From IMG/VR virus record IMGVR_UViG_3300010035_000001, positions 6,615 to 70,614 of that record: a stretch of 64,000 bases of DNA. One strand, 5' to 3'. The stretch is from a virus. Of this stretch, positions 56,679-64,000 are shown piece by piece. The notes beneath the pieces were generated by a model. The model made no database searches and was not told the origin of the DNA. It saw only the letters and a program-made list of their open reading frames with translations. The position numbers were made by a program, and so were the translations under genes. Positions within the stretch are counted from its first letter, which is position 1. Each line of letters starts with the position of its first letter.

Positions 56679-56845
56679 GCGGACCGTGTCGGCCCATGTA
56701 AAGGTGACACGTTGGCCCGGCTACCTAGGGAGGCCGTTTACCCTTGAGTTTGGGGGCCCTGGCCGCGTCCGGCGCCACCTGTATCATCATGGGACTCAAA
56801 GACACCGCGCCCCATCGACCAAGAGGGTGTGCCCAAAGTCCGCGC
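56679..56845 (-). ncRNA. candidate structured non-coding RNA of unknown family (~167 nt plus terminator)
   Basis: GC-rich intergenic segment; 5' GCGGAC pairs with 3' GUCCGC; internal stems CUUUGAGU/ACUCAAGG, GGCCU/GGGCC, CGUGUC/GACACG, GGGCAC/GUGUCU. Confidence 0.55.
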
Positions 56846-56890
56846 AGTATTAGGATGACACAGGCCAAAACGATCATATCTAAAATCCGA

Positions 56891-57223
56891 TTAAGCAGTC
56901 AGTTGTCTTGGAATTTTGATCCAATTTGGATCGGTTTTTCGACGATGATCCAAAGCATCCTGAATTTGTTCCCAGAAAGGGACCAACAATGCCTGAACCA
57001 TTTCTTGTACCTGAGAATTGGTGATTCCCAATAGATGTTTTTCTGGGAGGCGGATCACATGTCTGAATGTACCAGCAAAACGATGATGAACTTCGATCTT
57101 TACGATACTTTCCAACCGGTGAGACACATGCCCTATTTCGACTATTTCAGCACGAAATTGGAACCTTTTCTTAAGCGCATCACAGACTATTTGGCCAATC
57201 CAAGACATCAGATCGCGCATGTT
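56891..57223 (-). CDS. hypothetical protein (110 aa)
   Basis: GAGAGGCGG SD before ATG 57223. Confidence 0.6.
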   Translation of the reverse strand, partial: NMRDLMSWIGQIVCDALKKRFQFRAEIVEIGHVSHRLESIVKIEVHHRFAGTFRHVIRLPEKHLLGITNSQVQEMVQALLVPFWEQIQDALDHRRKTDPNWIKIPRQLTA

Positions 57224-57277
57224 CGTAAACCGCCTCTCAAGGTACAAGTGGAAGTATGACAATCCCGTACTTGAGAA

Positions 57278-57493
57278 TCAAGCCTTGACCAACCGCACCT
57301 TCAATTCGAACATTTTTCCGGTTCCAGACTTTGACATCTTTTCTTTTTTCGCCAAAGCAGCACCGAGAGACATGCCGTCCGTCAATTGCAAAGGTTTGTT
57401 TTTCTGGTTACGCAAGCTGCCAAACACTGCGAAATCCATGTTGGTCTCCGGGAGCGGTTTCGAAATCTGAGCCAGCTTTACTTGATAGGTCAT
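57278..57493 (-). CDS. small basic hypothetical protein
   Basis: GGAGGG SD; first gene after promoter P4. Confidence 0.7.
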   Translation of the reverse strand: MTYQVKLAQISKPLPETNMDFAVFGSLRNQKNKPLQLTDGMSLGAALAKKEKMSKSGTGKMFELKVRLVKA

Positions 57494-57519
57494 GGGTTCC
57501 CTCCACGCGTTATAGAGAT

Positions 57520-57548
57520 ACAGTACACCATTATGGTGGGTCTGTCAA
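57520..57548 (-). promoter_or_regulatory. sigma70-type promoter P4 with perfect spacer palindrome CACCATAATGGTG
   Basis: TTGACA-17 nt-TACTGT. Confidence 0.75.
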
Positions 57549-57556
57549 CCTTATTT

Positions 57557-57598
57557 TTCCAGAAAAAAATATTTCTGGAAAATTTTTATTTCTGGAAA
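57557..57598. promoter_or_regulatory. three TTCCAGAAA-type sites (one inverted pair) between divergent promoters
   Basis: TTCCAGAAA 57557, ATTTCTGGAA 57571, TTTATTTCTGGAA 57586. Confidence 0.65.
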
Positions 57599-57652
57599 TT
57601 TTCTCTTTACCTTCCCTCCAAAGTGCCGTATATCATGTGGAGGAGGGTTACG

Positions 57653-57988
57653 ATGTACGAACACCAAAATGGGCTGAAAAATCGCAAAGCCAAAGACTTG
57701 GATCCGGGGGCTGCCATGGAAAAGATCGATCAGCAGTTCAGCCAAGGTTCAGTTGTCTTGGAAAAACTCCACAACATGGCCGCGGGTGTGGCTAAACTAG
57801 GTGGGGAACTTCGTTGTGTTTTTCTCCATCCTGGTGACTACAACGCATTGGTTCTCTGGAGTCTGGGTACACCCAGAGCATTCCCACATAATGATTTTGA
57901 AGTCTCACTCGGTGGACGAATGATTCCCATCAAAGTCAACACCCAGGGAAAACCCACACCTGGTGTTTTTCGGGTAGACTATGTCTAA
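57653..57988 (+). CDS. hypothetical protein (111 aa), plus strand
   Basis: GGAGGAGGG SD before ATG 57653; candidate -10 TATCAT at 57631. Confidence 0.7.
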   Translation: MYEHQNGLKNRKAKDLDPGAAMEKIDQQFSQGSVVLEKLHNMAAGVAKLGGELRCVFLHPGDYNALVLWSLGTPRAFPHNDFEVSLGGRMIPIKVNTQGKPTPGVFRVDYV

Positions 57989-58463
57989 GTCAGAAGCAGT
58001 TCTTTCCAGTCTGGAAAGCCGTATTGGGTTGAAGTTTTCCAGAAAGTATCGAGATTTGTTTTTGGATCTTCCAGAAATAAAGATTCAAGCTATTCATCGC
58101 TTCCTGAAAGTAACCGGGAAAGACGAAATTGATTTCTCTGTAGCGTATGGGTCCTGTTTCTTGTTTTCCACCAAGACAGGAATTCGACCCGGGTTGTCCA
58201 TGACCATCAGTCTGATCACCCCTTTATTTGAAGGGGCTCTCATGACATTCGAACAATCAACTTTCAAATCTACTCGATTCCCTACAGCTAAAATCTGGGA
58301 CCTTTTTCCAGCCTATATTGCAGCCAAAACCCATGCAGACTCAAAAGGCCGTTGCAACATGTGTGGTAAGGAATTGGAGAATATAGGAAAAAAATACTGC
58401 TCAACCGAATGCCGTAGGGCAGCTTTGGATGCAGGTAAAAGTTCAGCCACGATTGGGTGGTAA
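57981..58463 (+). CDS. hypothetical protein with C-terminal treble-clef zinc finger
   Basis: CNMCGKEL...KKYCSTECR; overlaps upstream gene stop. Confidence 0.7.
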   Translation: MSKSEAVLSSLESRIGLKFSRKYRDLFLDLPEIKIQAIHRFLKVTGKDEIDFSVAYGSCFLFSTKTGIRPGLSMTISLITPLFEGALMTFEQSTFKSTRFPTAKIWDLFPAYIAAKTHADSKGRCNMCGKELENIGKKYCSTECRRAALDAGKSSATIGW

Positions 58464-58673
58464 CCGCCGTCTTTTGTTTACAATCAATGGTTTATTCGGC
58501 ATCTTCTCACCCAAAATCAGTTTGATAGGTAAATCCACATCAGCTTTGCACCAAAAGCATTTGGCTTGGCACTTCCCACGCTCAGCATCGAACACCAATG
58601 GCCCCTGAGTTCTTAATCGGATTTGTGACCCAGATTGTTGAACGACATGATGTCCACACTGATGACATCTCAT
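58443..58673 (-). CDS. zinc-ribbon protein
   Basis: RCHQCG...KCFWCK; ATGA overlap with the MuF gene. Confidence 0.7.
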   Translation of the reverse strand: MRCHQCGHHVVQQSGSQIRLRTQGPLVFDAERGKCQAKCFWCKADVDLPIKLILGEKMPNKPLIVNKRRRLPPNRG

Positions 58674-60415
58674 TTGCTACCCCTTACCGGCGTCTGGATC
58701 AACGGTGATTTGTTTCTGGAAACATCCACTTCCAGAGTTTGCGTGTGTCGCCACTTCTTCAATCGGTTTTGTGCTCCCTCAATATCACGATCGGTCCGGA
58801 CTTCGCCAATCAGTGTCTCAATGGTTGGCCCCAAAGGTTCATGTTTAACCGGTCGATGCGTCACAGGTACAAGCAAATCCTCTTTCTCCCAGGCATTAGC
58901 TTTCCGCCGTCGATCCAACATTGCTTGATCATTGGCTTGTTGCTCTGGGGTTTGTTCCACAACTGGGTAGCCTCCCGAAGTCTTGTAGGACTCGCGTTTC
59001 GGTCTGGGGGTAGGTCGAATGTAGTTGGCAATGGTCCCGGGCGATGGGTTCCCGATTCCCCGAACCCCCACCAGAGCCATTTCCTTTGTGATGTTGCCTT
59101 TGCTTTTTCGGACCATGCCATCACTTGGATCACCCTGCTGGAACGTCTCCTGTACCGCCCGCTGCGCCAACAACCACCGCTTGAACGCATCCATCGACAT
59201 GGCCTGGAATCGGAGCACGAAATCATCTCGATCAAGATGGCGCCGATAGGCCATTTGGGCTTCCTTTGTTGACGAAAACCCCACCATGCATTTCTTCTCA
59301 TCGTAGAGACCGGTATGGGGATTCTTCTGATCCACGACATACGCCATTCGAGCTTTTTTGTCTGGCCCAACATACACGTCCAATTCATCCCCATCATCCC
59401 CTGGGATACCTGGGATATAGCCGTAAATGGCAGACATGATGGTTACACCTTCAGTTCCACTTTGATCGCACCATCGGCGTTCCATCCCCGGCTTGGACTC
59501 GATCACGATAGGGATTCCCTGAAAGACCATCTTCCCAATTGGCTTCCAAGATTTCCTGAGCGGTGGATCGCTCTTTTGAATCATGGATTCCGGGACAATA
59601 TCCCCATCCTTATTGAAAGCCCAACCATCTGGAATACGAATCAATTGACACTGGCAATGGGGATGCAACGCCCCCACGACAGGCAACCAATCTGCTACTT
59701 TCTTTCCCACGTTGGTTCCATTCGCCTCAAGTTCAGACAACTTGAAAATCTTGGGATTGCCGTTGTCGTCGAGGTAGAGCCGTTTACAATGCTTGCAGGC
59801 GTCCGGCATTGTCCTCTTTGCAACCAGGGAATCCGGCCCATGGGATTTCCGGTAATGATCAGCCAAGCCTTGTTGCATGGCCATGTGCTTTTCGGTGATG
59901 GCCACCCTTGTCCAATCTCGTTCCCATTTGTCCATTTGCCAGTGCAGATCGCTTGCGAGATTCTTGACAGCCTTTCGTTTAGCCACATTCAAAGCTGTGG
60001 CATCTTGGATGTTTTGCACACGAAGTTTTCGATCGGCCTCCTGAATGCTGTTATTGACCCCCACAGAAACACGTTGGCCAAGGCCAGTGATGTACTGCGC
60101 CGCATTAAGCGCGGCCATCTTGATCGCCTGCTTTTCGCCTGGGCCAAGGTCAGCTTCCACCTTGGGAATACGTTCCCGCATTTTCCCAACACCCATGGAT
60201 ATGGTGGTTTTGCTCGGACTCTGCCCAACCAGGTGGCCGTATAAGTACGCCTCTTTGATGGCTTCCATCTTGGGGGAATAGAGACCTAGGTCTTTCAGTC
60301 GCTGTAAAGTCTCCGGAGGCAATGCATCTGGACTGATCGTATTCGCAATGAAAGCATCATGGTGGTCCCGAATGATGTTCAGGATTTCAATCAACTGCTC
60401 AGGCGTTAGAAGCAT
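58670..60415 (-). CDS. MuF/SPP1 gp7-like head morphogenesis protein fused to an inorganic-pyrophosphatase-like (InPase) domain
   Basis: ACKHC...GALHPHCQC MuF motif; FQGIPIVIE.KPG..R...YGYIPG..GDDGDELDVYVGP...DEKKCMVGF InPase-like. Confidence 0.85.
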   Translation of the reverse strand: MLLTPEQLIEILNIIRDHHDAFIANTISPDALPPETLQRLKDLGLYSPKMEAIKEAYLYGHLVGQSPSKTTISMGVGKMRERIPKVEADLGPGEKQAIKMAALNAAQYITGLGQRVSVGVNNSIQEADRKLRVQNIQDATALNVAKRKAVKNLASDLHWQMDKWERDWTRVAITEKHMAMQQGLADHYRKSHGPDSLVAKRTMPDACKHCKRLYLDDNGNPKIFKLSELEANGTNVGKKVADWLPVVGALHPHCQCQLIRIPDGWAFNKDGDIVPESMIQKSDPPLRKSWKPIGKMVFQGIPIVIESKPGMERRWCDQSGTEGVTIMSAIYGYIPGIPGDDGDELDVYVGPDKKARMAYVVDQKNPHTGLYDEKKCMVGFSSTKEAQMAYRRHLDRDDFVLRFQAMSMDAFKRWLLAQRAVQETFQQGDPSDGMVRKSKGNITKEMALVGVRGIGNPSPGTIANYIRPTPRPKRESYKTSGGYPVVEQTPEQQANDQAMLDRRRKANAWEKEDLLVPVTHRPVKHEPLGPTIETLIGEVRTDRDIEGAQNRLKKWRHTQTLEVDVSRNKSPLIQTPVRGSK

Positions 60416-60845
60416 CGGCTTTCTCCAGATAGCCTAAAAGCTGATTCACACTCCAACCGTAAAACCGTCCGCCCTCTTCAAACTCTTCAGGACCATGGCC
60501 TTTCTTTTTCATTCTGGCTTTGATTTGAGCGTATTTGGCCCCGTCTTGATCTGCCAATTCTTGAGTGTGATCAAAGACCATGGATTTTGTCACAGGTTCT
60601 TCCAGACCACGTTCCATCACAGCCTGGATTTTTTGGATCATATCTGCCATAAGGCGTCTGTACTCTTTTTTTGCTTCGGACTGGATACCCCGCAAAGCTG
60701 GATATTTGAGGCCAGGCTCGGCTTCCGGGAGGCCTTTGACCAAGTCCAGGGTCCCATCAGGATCAACCAAATCAACAATGGCCTTAACCAAGTCGGCCCC
60801 TTGGGTTTCAATCTCTTCTTGTGTCGCATCGAGTTGAAAACGCAT
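60399..60845 (-). CDS. hypothetical head-module protein
   Basis: AGGAG SD; carries K-A/K-S motifs. Confidence 0.7.
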   Translation of the reverse strand: MRFQLDATQEEIETQGADLVKAIVDLVDPDGTLDLVKGLPEAEPGLKYPALRGIQSEAKKEYRRLMADMIQKIQAVMERGLEEPVTKSMVFDHTQELADQDGAKYAQIKARMKKKGHGPEEFEEGGRFYGWSVNQLLGYLEKADASNA

Positions 60846-60853
60846 GGCTACTC

Positions 60854-61237
60854 CTACGAAGCATTGCCCCAGATAACAAAACGTCCGGTGATATCTGTCC
60901 CAGTTTGTGCAGCGATATTCAGTTGAGTGACTGTTGCCTCCATGACATTTTGGGATTTCTGCGGGGTGGCTCCGGCTGGTACCAAACTGATCGCGGCCCC
61001 ACCATTGATTGCTAGATCACAGGCGCCGTCTACTTCGATGAAGAATCCTTTTCCCACATCGACATTGCCAAAAGGAAGGTTCTCATTGGTACCACCTGGA
61101 ATCTTCAGAGTCCCACCAGAAGCCATGTTGTACGTATCAATGATCCGCTCAGAAAGAGTATCGTCCAACCCAAACAACAGGTCTTTCATCTCCGTGTCCC
61201 AGGCAACGATGGGACGGACCTTTATCTTGATTCTCAT
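60854..61237 (-). CDS. hypothetical beta-rich virion protein
   Basis: ATGA overlap with the portal stop. Confidence 0.65.
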   Translation of the reverse strand: MRIKIKVRPIVAWDTEMKDLLFGLDDTLSERIIDTYNMASGGTLKIPGGTNENLPFGNVDVGKGFFIEVDGACDLAINGGAAISLVPAGATPQKSQNVMEATVTQLNIAAQTGTDITGRFVIWGNAS

Positions 61238-62919
61238 GATTTACGCTCCTTTTCGATCACAATTTCCCACCGTTTCGGTGCAGGCAAAAGCCCCTTCACC
61301 GGCCGGGCCGGATTCAAAGATTTGGTTGCTTGATTCCCGGTGGCATCGTCTCCAAACATCTCGGAAAATTCGGCATCAATGATTTCATCGTTGTCCATGT
61401 CTTCATCTTCATTGACAGCCGCAGCGGCTTCATCTGCGTTTTCATTCCCTTCCTCTTCTCCCATAGACACCTGCATTTGCATCTGGAGATTTTGGAACCA
61501 AACCGGGTTCAGGATGATAGCTCCCTTCCCATCTGGTAATGGTGGCAGATCTTCAGCAGCCCGGACTTCATCTACTGTCATGTACGTTGCAACTTGTTTT
61601 GCGCTCAGTTCCGCTCTTTCTTGGCGAGTCAAAGAATCCAACCCAACGAATTCGAATTCAAACTCTGGATTGATCTTCCAAACAATGTGCCGATTGATGT
61701 TGGAGGCTACCGAACGCAAAAGCGGCCGCAAACCACGTTCCTTTGATTCAGTCAGTTTCTCTTTGTTGTTTCCTTCAGACAGGGTTTGGCGTTGGCCAAC
61801 ATTTCCATACTGGAAATTGATTTCCAGTGGGTCCATTTGGTACGCGGCGCACACAACCTTGATCAAAAAGTCCATCCACGCGTTGAATTCCATATCTCGA
61901 GCCGACGGATTCATGTTGATCCATTCGACACCTTCCGCAGATGTGACAGGCGTCCGCCAAGCATTCTTGACACCGGTAGTGAGCTGGTGCCAATGGCGCC
62001 GGAAGTCGAGCAAGTTCCGACGATTGATCCCCTTAAAATTCAGGACACCCCGACCCATGAATCCTTGGGAAAAGAATTTTTGGTTGAACTCCCAGCTGTA
62101 CAACAACGACGTGATAGCTGGGATCAACATCTCCAATTCGGAAACACCATAGCCAGCTTGTTTAATGGCTGGTCGAGGATTCCGGATTCCAAAACACATT
62201 TCTTCCTGTGTGTACTCTTGATAGACCACATCGTCGTAAATCTGGACATACCTAATCTCGTCGGTCTCATCCTCGCTTACATGCTGTTTAGACGAGTCCG
62301 CGATCCGCATGGACGCCCCATCCACAACATGCCAATCCGCAGGTTGGCCTTTCCGGTTTGGAATGATTTCCCAGGCGTACTGATCATAAACCAGAGAATC
62401 AAAGATGGTTTGCCTCAGGAAAGATTCCATGGGTATCCGGCCCGCTGGGTTGTCGCTGACACCCGTGGTCTCCAAAACCCCTTCCATGTCTCGCGCCCAT
62501 TTCAGTTCAACCCGAGTAGGCTTCTTTTGGGTATCGCGAAGTTTGATTCTATATCCCAGTTGGAAGCGGTCCTGGACTGCCTGAGAGAAACTGGCCACCT
62601 GGTTGATTCGTTGTTGGATGACCAAGTGCACCACTGGGCATTTCCAAACCATGGCGTTCAGTGTGCCATAAGTCATTCGGGTGGGCCGGTCTTTGTACCC
62701 CAGTTGATTGATGATTGCGAATGGATCCCAAAAAAGTGATTTCGGATCTTCAGAGGCTTTTTCGGTGGGGACGGCTCCTTTGGTTTTTGCGAGAGCCTTG
62801 ATCTCTGATTCGTTCGTCTCTTTTGGTTCCCGCGCTGCTTTTGTCAATGCGGTTACACCCTGTCCTACAACATCGAGGACACCTAACCCTATGTCCCGGG
62901 CATCGTTCCAGAAACCCAT
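61234..62919 (-). CDS. portal protein
   Basis: DSLVYDQYAWEI, VDGASMR, YGVSELE, FFSQG...GVL, WRTPV, RDMEFNAW, LRPLL..V...IN, YMTVDEVRA..DLPPL. Confidence 0.93.
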   Translation of the reverse strand: MGFWNDARDIGLGVLDVVGQGVTALTKAAREPKETNESEIKALAKTKGAVPTEKASEDPKSLFWDPFAIINQLGYKDRPTRMTYGTLNAMVWKCPVVHLVIQQRINQVASFSQAVQDRFQLGYRIKLRDTQKKPTRVELKWARDMEGVLETTGVSDNPAGRIPMESFLRQTIFDSLVYDQYAWEIIPNRKGQPADWHVVDGASMRIADSSKQHVSEDETDEIRYVQIYDDVVYQEYTQEEMCFGIRNPRPAIKQAGYGVSELEMLIPAITSLLYSWEFNQKFFSQGFMGRGVLNFKGINRRNLLDFRRHWHQLTTGVKNAWRTPVTSAEGVEWINMNPSARDMEFNAWMDFLIKVVCAAYQMDPLEINFQYGNVGQRQTLSEGNNKEKLTESKERGLRPLLRSVASNINRHIVWKINPEFEFEFVGLDSLTRQERAELSAKQVATYMTVDEVRAAEDLPPLPDGKGAIILNPVWFQNLQMQMQVSMGEEEGNENADEAAAAVNEDEDMDNDEIIDAEFSEMFGDDATGNQATKSLNPARPVKGLLPAPKRWEIVIEKERKS

Positions 62920-62945
62920 GAGAGACCTCCTTAGGTATCAAAGAC

Positions 62946-63998
62946 TTAGGAGTCGTCTTCAACGTGAATCTGGCCGCGGGGAACTTTCTTGGGACGAAGT
63001 ATTCGCCGTTCTGCATCAGACACAGCCATCTGCCCAATGGTGTCTTTCTTCATCCATTGGTGTGTTTGGCCGATTCCACAGCCCGGACAAGCTGTCAACG
63101 CCTTGAGCATGATGGTTTGGCATTGAGGGCATTCTTTTTCCAAATGAGACATCTCCCGCTCATGGCCAGACCGATCATTTGAACTTGGCGCCACATGGAC
63201 CACCCGTCGACGCATCATCCGTCCTTTCCGCATGGCCATGACACGAGAAAGACGTTGCTCAATACTGCAAGGTTGATTGAATCCATCTCCGCGGCTGGGA
63301 TCCCTGAGATCTTCCATAGCCTGGTCCACCAAGGATTTCTGGACAGGTTTGGACTCTTCAAAGTCTTCCTCGAAGTTTGCGCCCACTTCCGAATGATGTT
63401 CACTCTTTCCAAGAGGCTCCCCACCGCTGAGGGCAAGCAATGCACTCAACCCTTCGTACGAAGTACCCATGGACTTTTTGACACCCTTGGACTTGTCCAT
63501 CAGGGCCTTTGTTCGGCTGATAGCTTCTTCAGCCGTTTTTCCACTGTGTCCCGGAAGCCTCTTACCCGAATCGAAATGGATATTGGCCACGTAGTCTCCC
63601 GATTTTCCCTTTCGGGCAACAATCTTTCCACCGGAAAAAGAAACACTCTTTGTGCCAGAGTCCTTTCCCACTTCCTTTTTCCCTTTTGTCTTTCCTTTTT
63701 CTTCTGACCAGGGAATTTTGTGTTCAGGGTCTTTGTATTTCCCGCCCTTTGGTCCAATGTAGGGACCGGCTTTTTCCAAAGGCTCCCCGCCACCAAATTC
63801 AATCAGTTCTTCCAGATACGTGGACATTGATTTCTCCATATTTTGAGATTGGATTGTTTGAATAGTTTCTTTGACCTTTGCAACAAAGGTAGTCAGGGCC
63901 GTGACGGGATGGTCTGGATTCGCCTTGGCTTCTTTGGTTTTGTAATCGGCATGTGTCCTGCGATATGACGTTGCAGCTTTCTGGGCACCTATGACGTA
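62946..63998 (-). CDS. putative internal head protein, partial (N-terminus beyond right edge)
   Basis: frame open for 53 more codons upstream of the track ATG at 63839, up to the window edge; LEKAGPYIGPKGGKY..P.H.IPW motif; C-terminal CPQC/CPGC. Confidence 0.65.
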   Translation of the reverse strand, partial: YVIGAQKAATSYRRTHADYKTKEAKANPDHPVTALTTFVAKVKETIQTIQSQNMEKSMSTYLEELIEFGGGEPLEKAGPYIGPKGGKYKDPEHKIPWSEEKGKTKGKKEVGKDSGTKSVSFSGGKIVARKGKSGDYVANIHFDSGKRLPGHSGKTAEEAISRTKALMDKSKGVKKSMGTSYEGLSALLALSGGEPLGKSEHHSEVGANFEEDFEESKPVQKSLVDQAMEDLRDPSRGDGFNQPCSIEQRLSRVMAMRKGRMMRRRVVHVAPSSNDRSGHEREMSHLEKECPQCQTIMLKALTACPGCGIGQTHQWMKKDTIGQMAVSDAERRILRPKKVPRGQIHVEDDS

Positions 63999-64000
63999 GT

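Noticed and set aside
56679-56845. RNase P, SRP, tRNA, pistol or HDV ribozyme identity for the GC-rich RNA
   Set aside because: AAAGTCC occurs only on the strand opposite the terminator; other diagnostic motifs are absent; no cloverleaf
1-64000. Stop-codon reassignment, or a diversity-generating retroelement acting on the fibres
   Set aside because: Genes tile densely and full length in code 11 using TAA, TGA and TAG stops; no reverse transcriptase or template-repeat/variable-repeat pair noticed

Overview
This is a 64 kb segment of a large contractile-tailed dsDNA bacteriophage (myovirus morphotype, SPO1/Twort-like major capsid protein). Almost all genes are on the minus strand. In transcription order (right to left) the window holds: a head module (truncated internal-head-like protein, portal, MuF-InPase fusion, prohead protease, scaffold, major capsid, decoration proteins); neck, sheath, tube, tail chaperone with a probable +1 frameshift, tape measure and baseplate; a block of FN3/LamG/fibre adhesins; a holin/spanin-like cassette; an AT-rich non-coding region; replication genes (SF2 helicase, DnaB, primase, family A polymerase); a recombination module (UvsY-like, gp32-like SSB, RecA, SbcD/SbcC, RuvC); and finally a beta-clamp-like gene, an amidase endolysin, two orphan DNA methyltransferases and a nucleoside deoxyribosyltransferase-like gene. 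I saw no tRNA, CRISPR array, integrase, reverse transcriptase, intein or large terminase. The most interesting signals are non-coding. First, a GC-rich self-closing ~167-nt RNA candidate with its own terminator (56679-56845) is followed by a promoter, leader and terminator attenuator in front of the head operon. Second, the 9-13 bp motif TTCCAGAAA(TAAA) recurs at least 20 times and clusters at promoters and at the AT-rich region. Third, a palindrome CACCATWATGGTG fills the same spacer position in four sigma70-type promoters of the replication regulon. All product calls come from motif recognition by eye, with no database search. Several start codons were moved from the supplied ORF track to better RBS or overlap positions.
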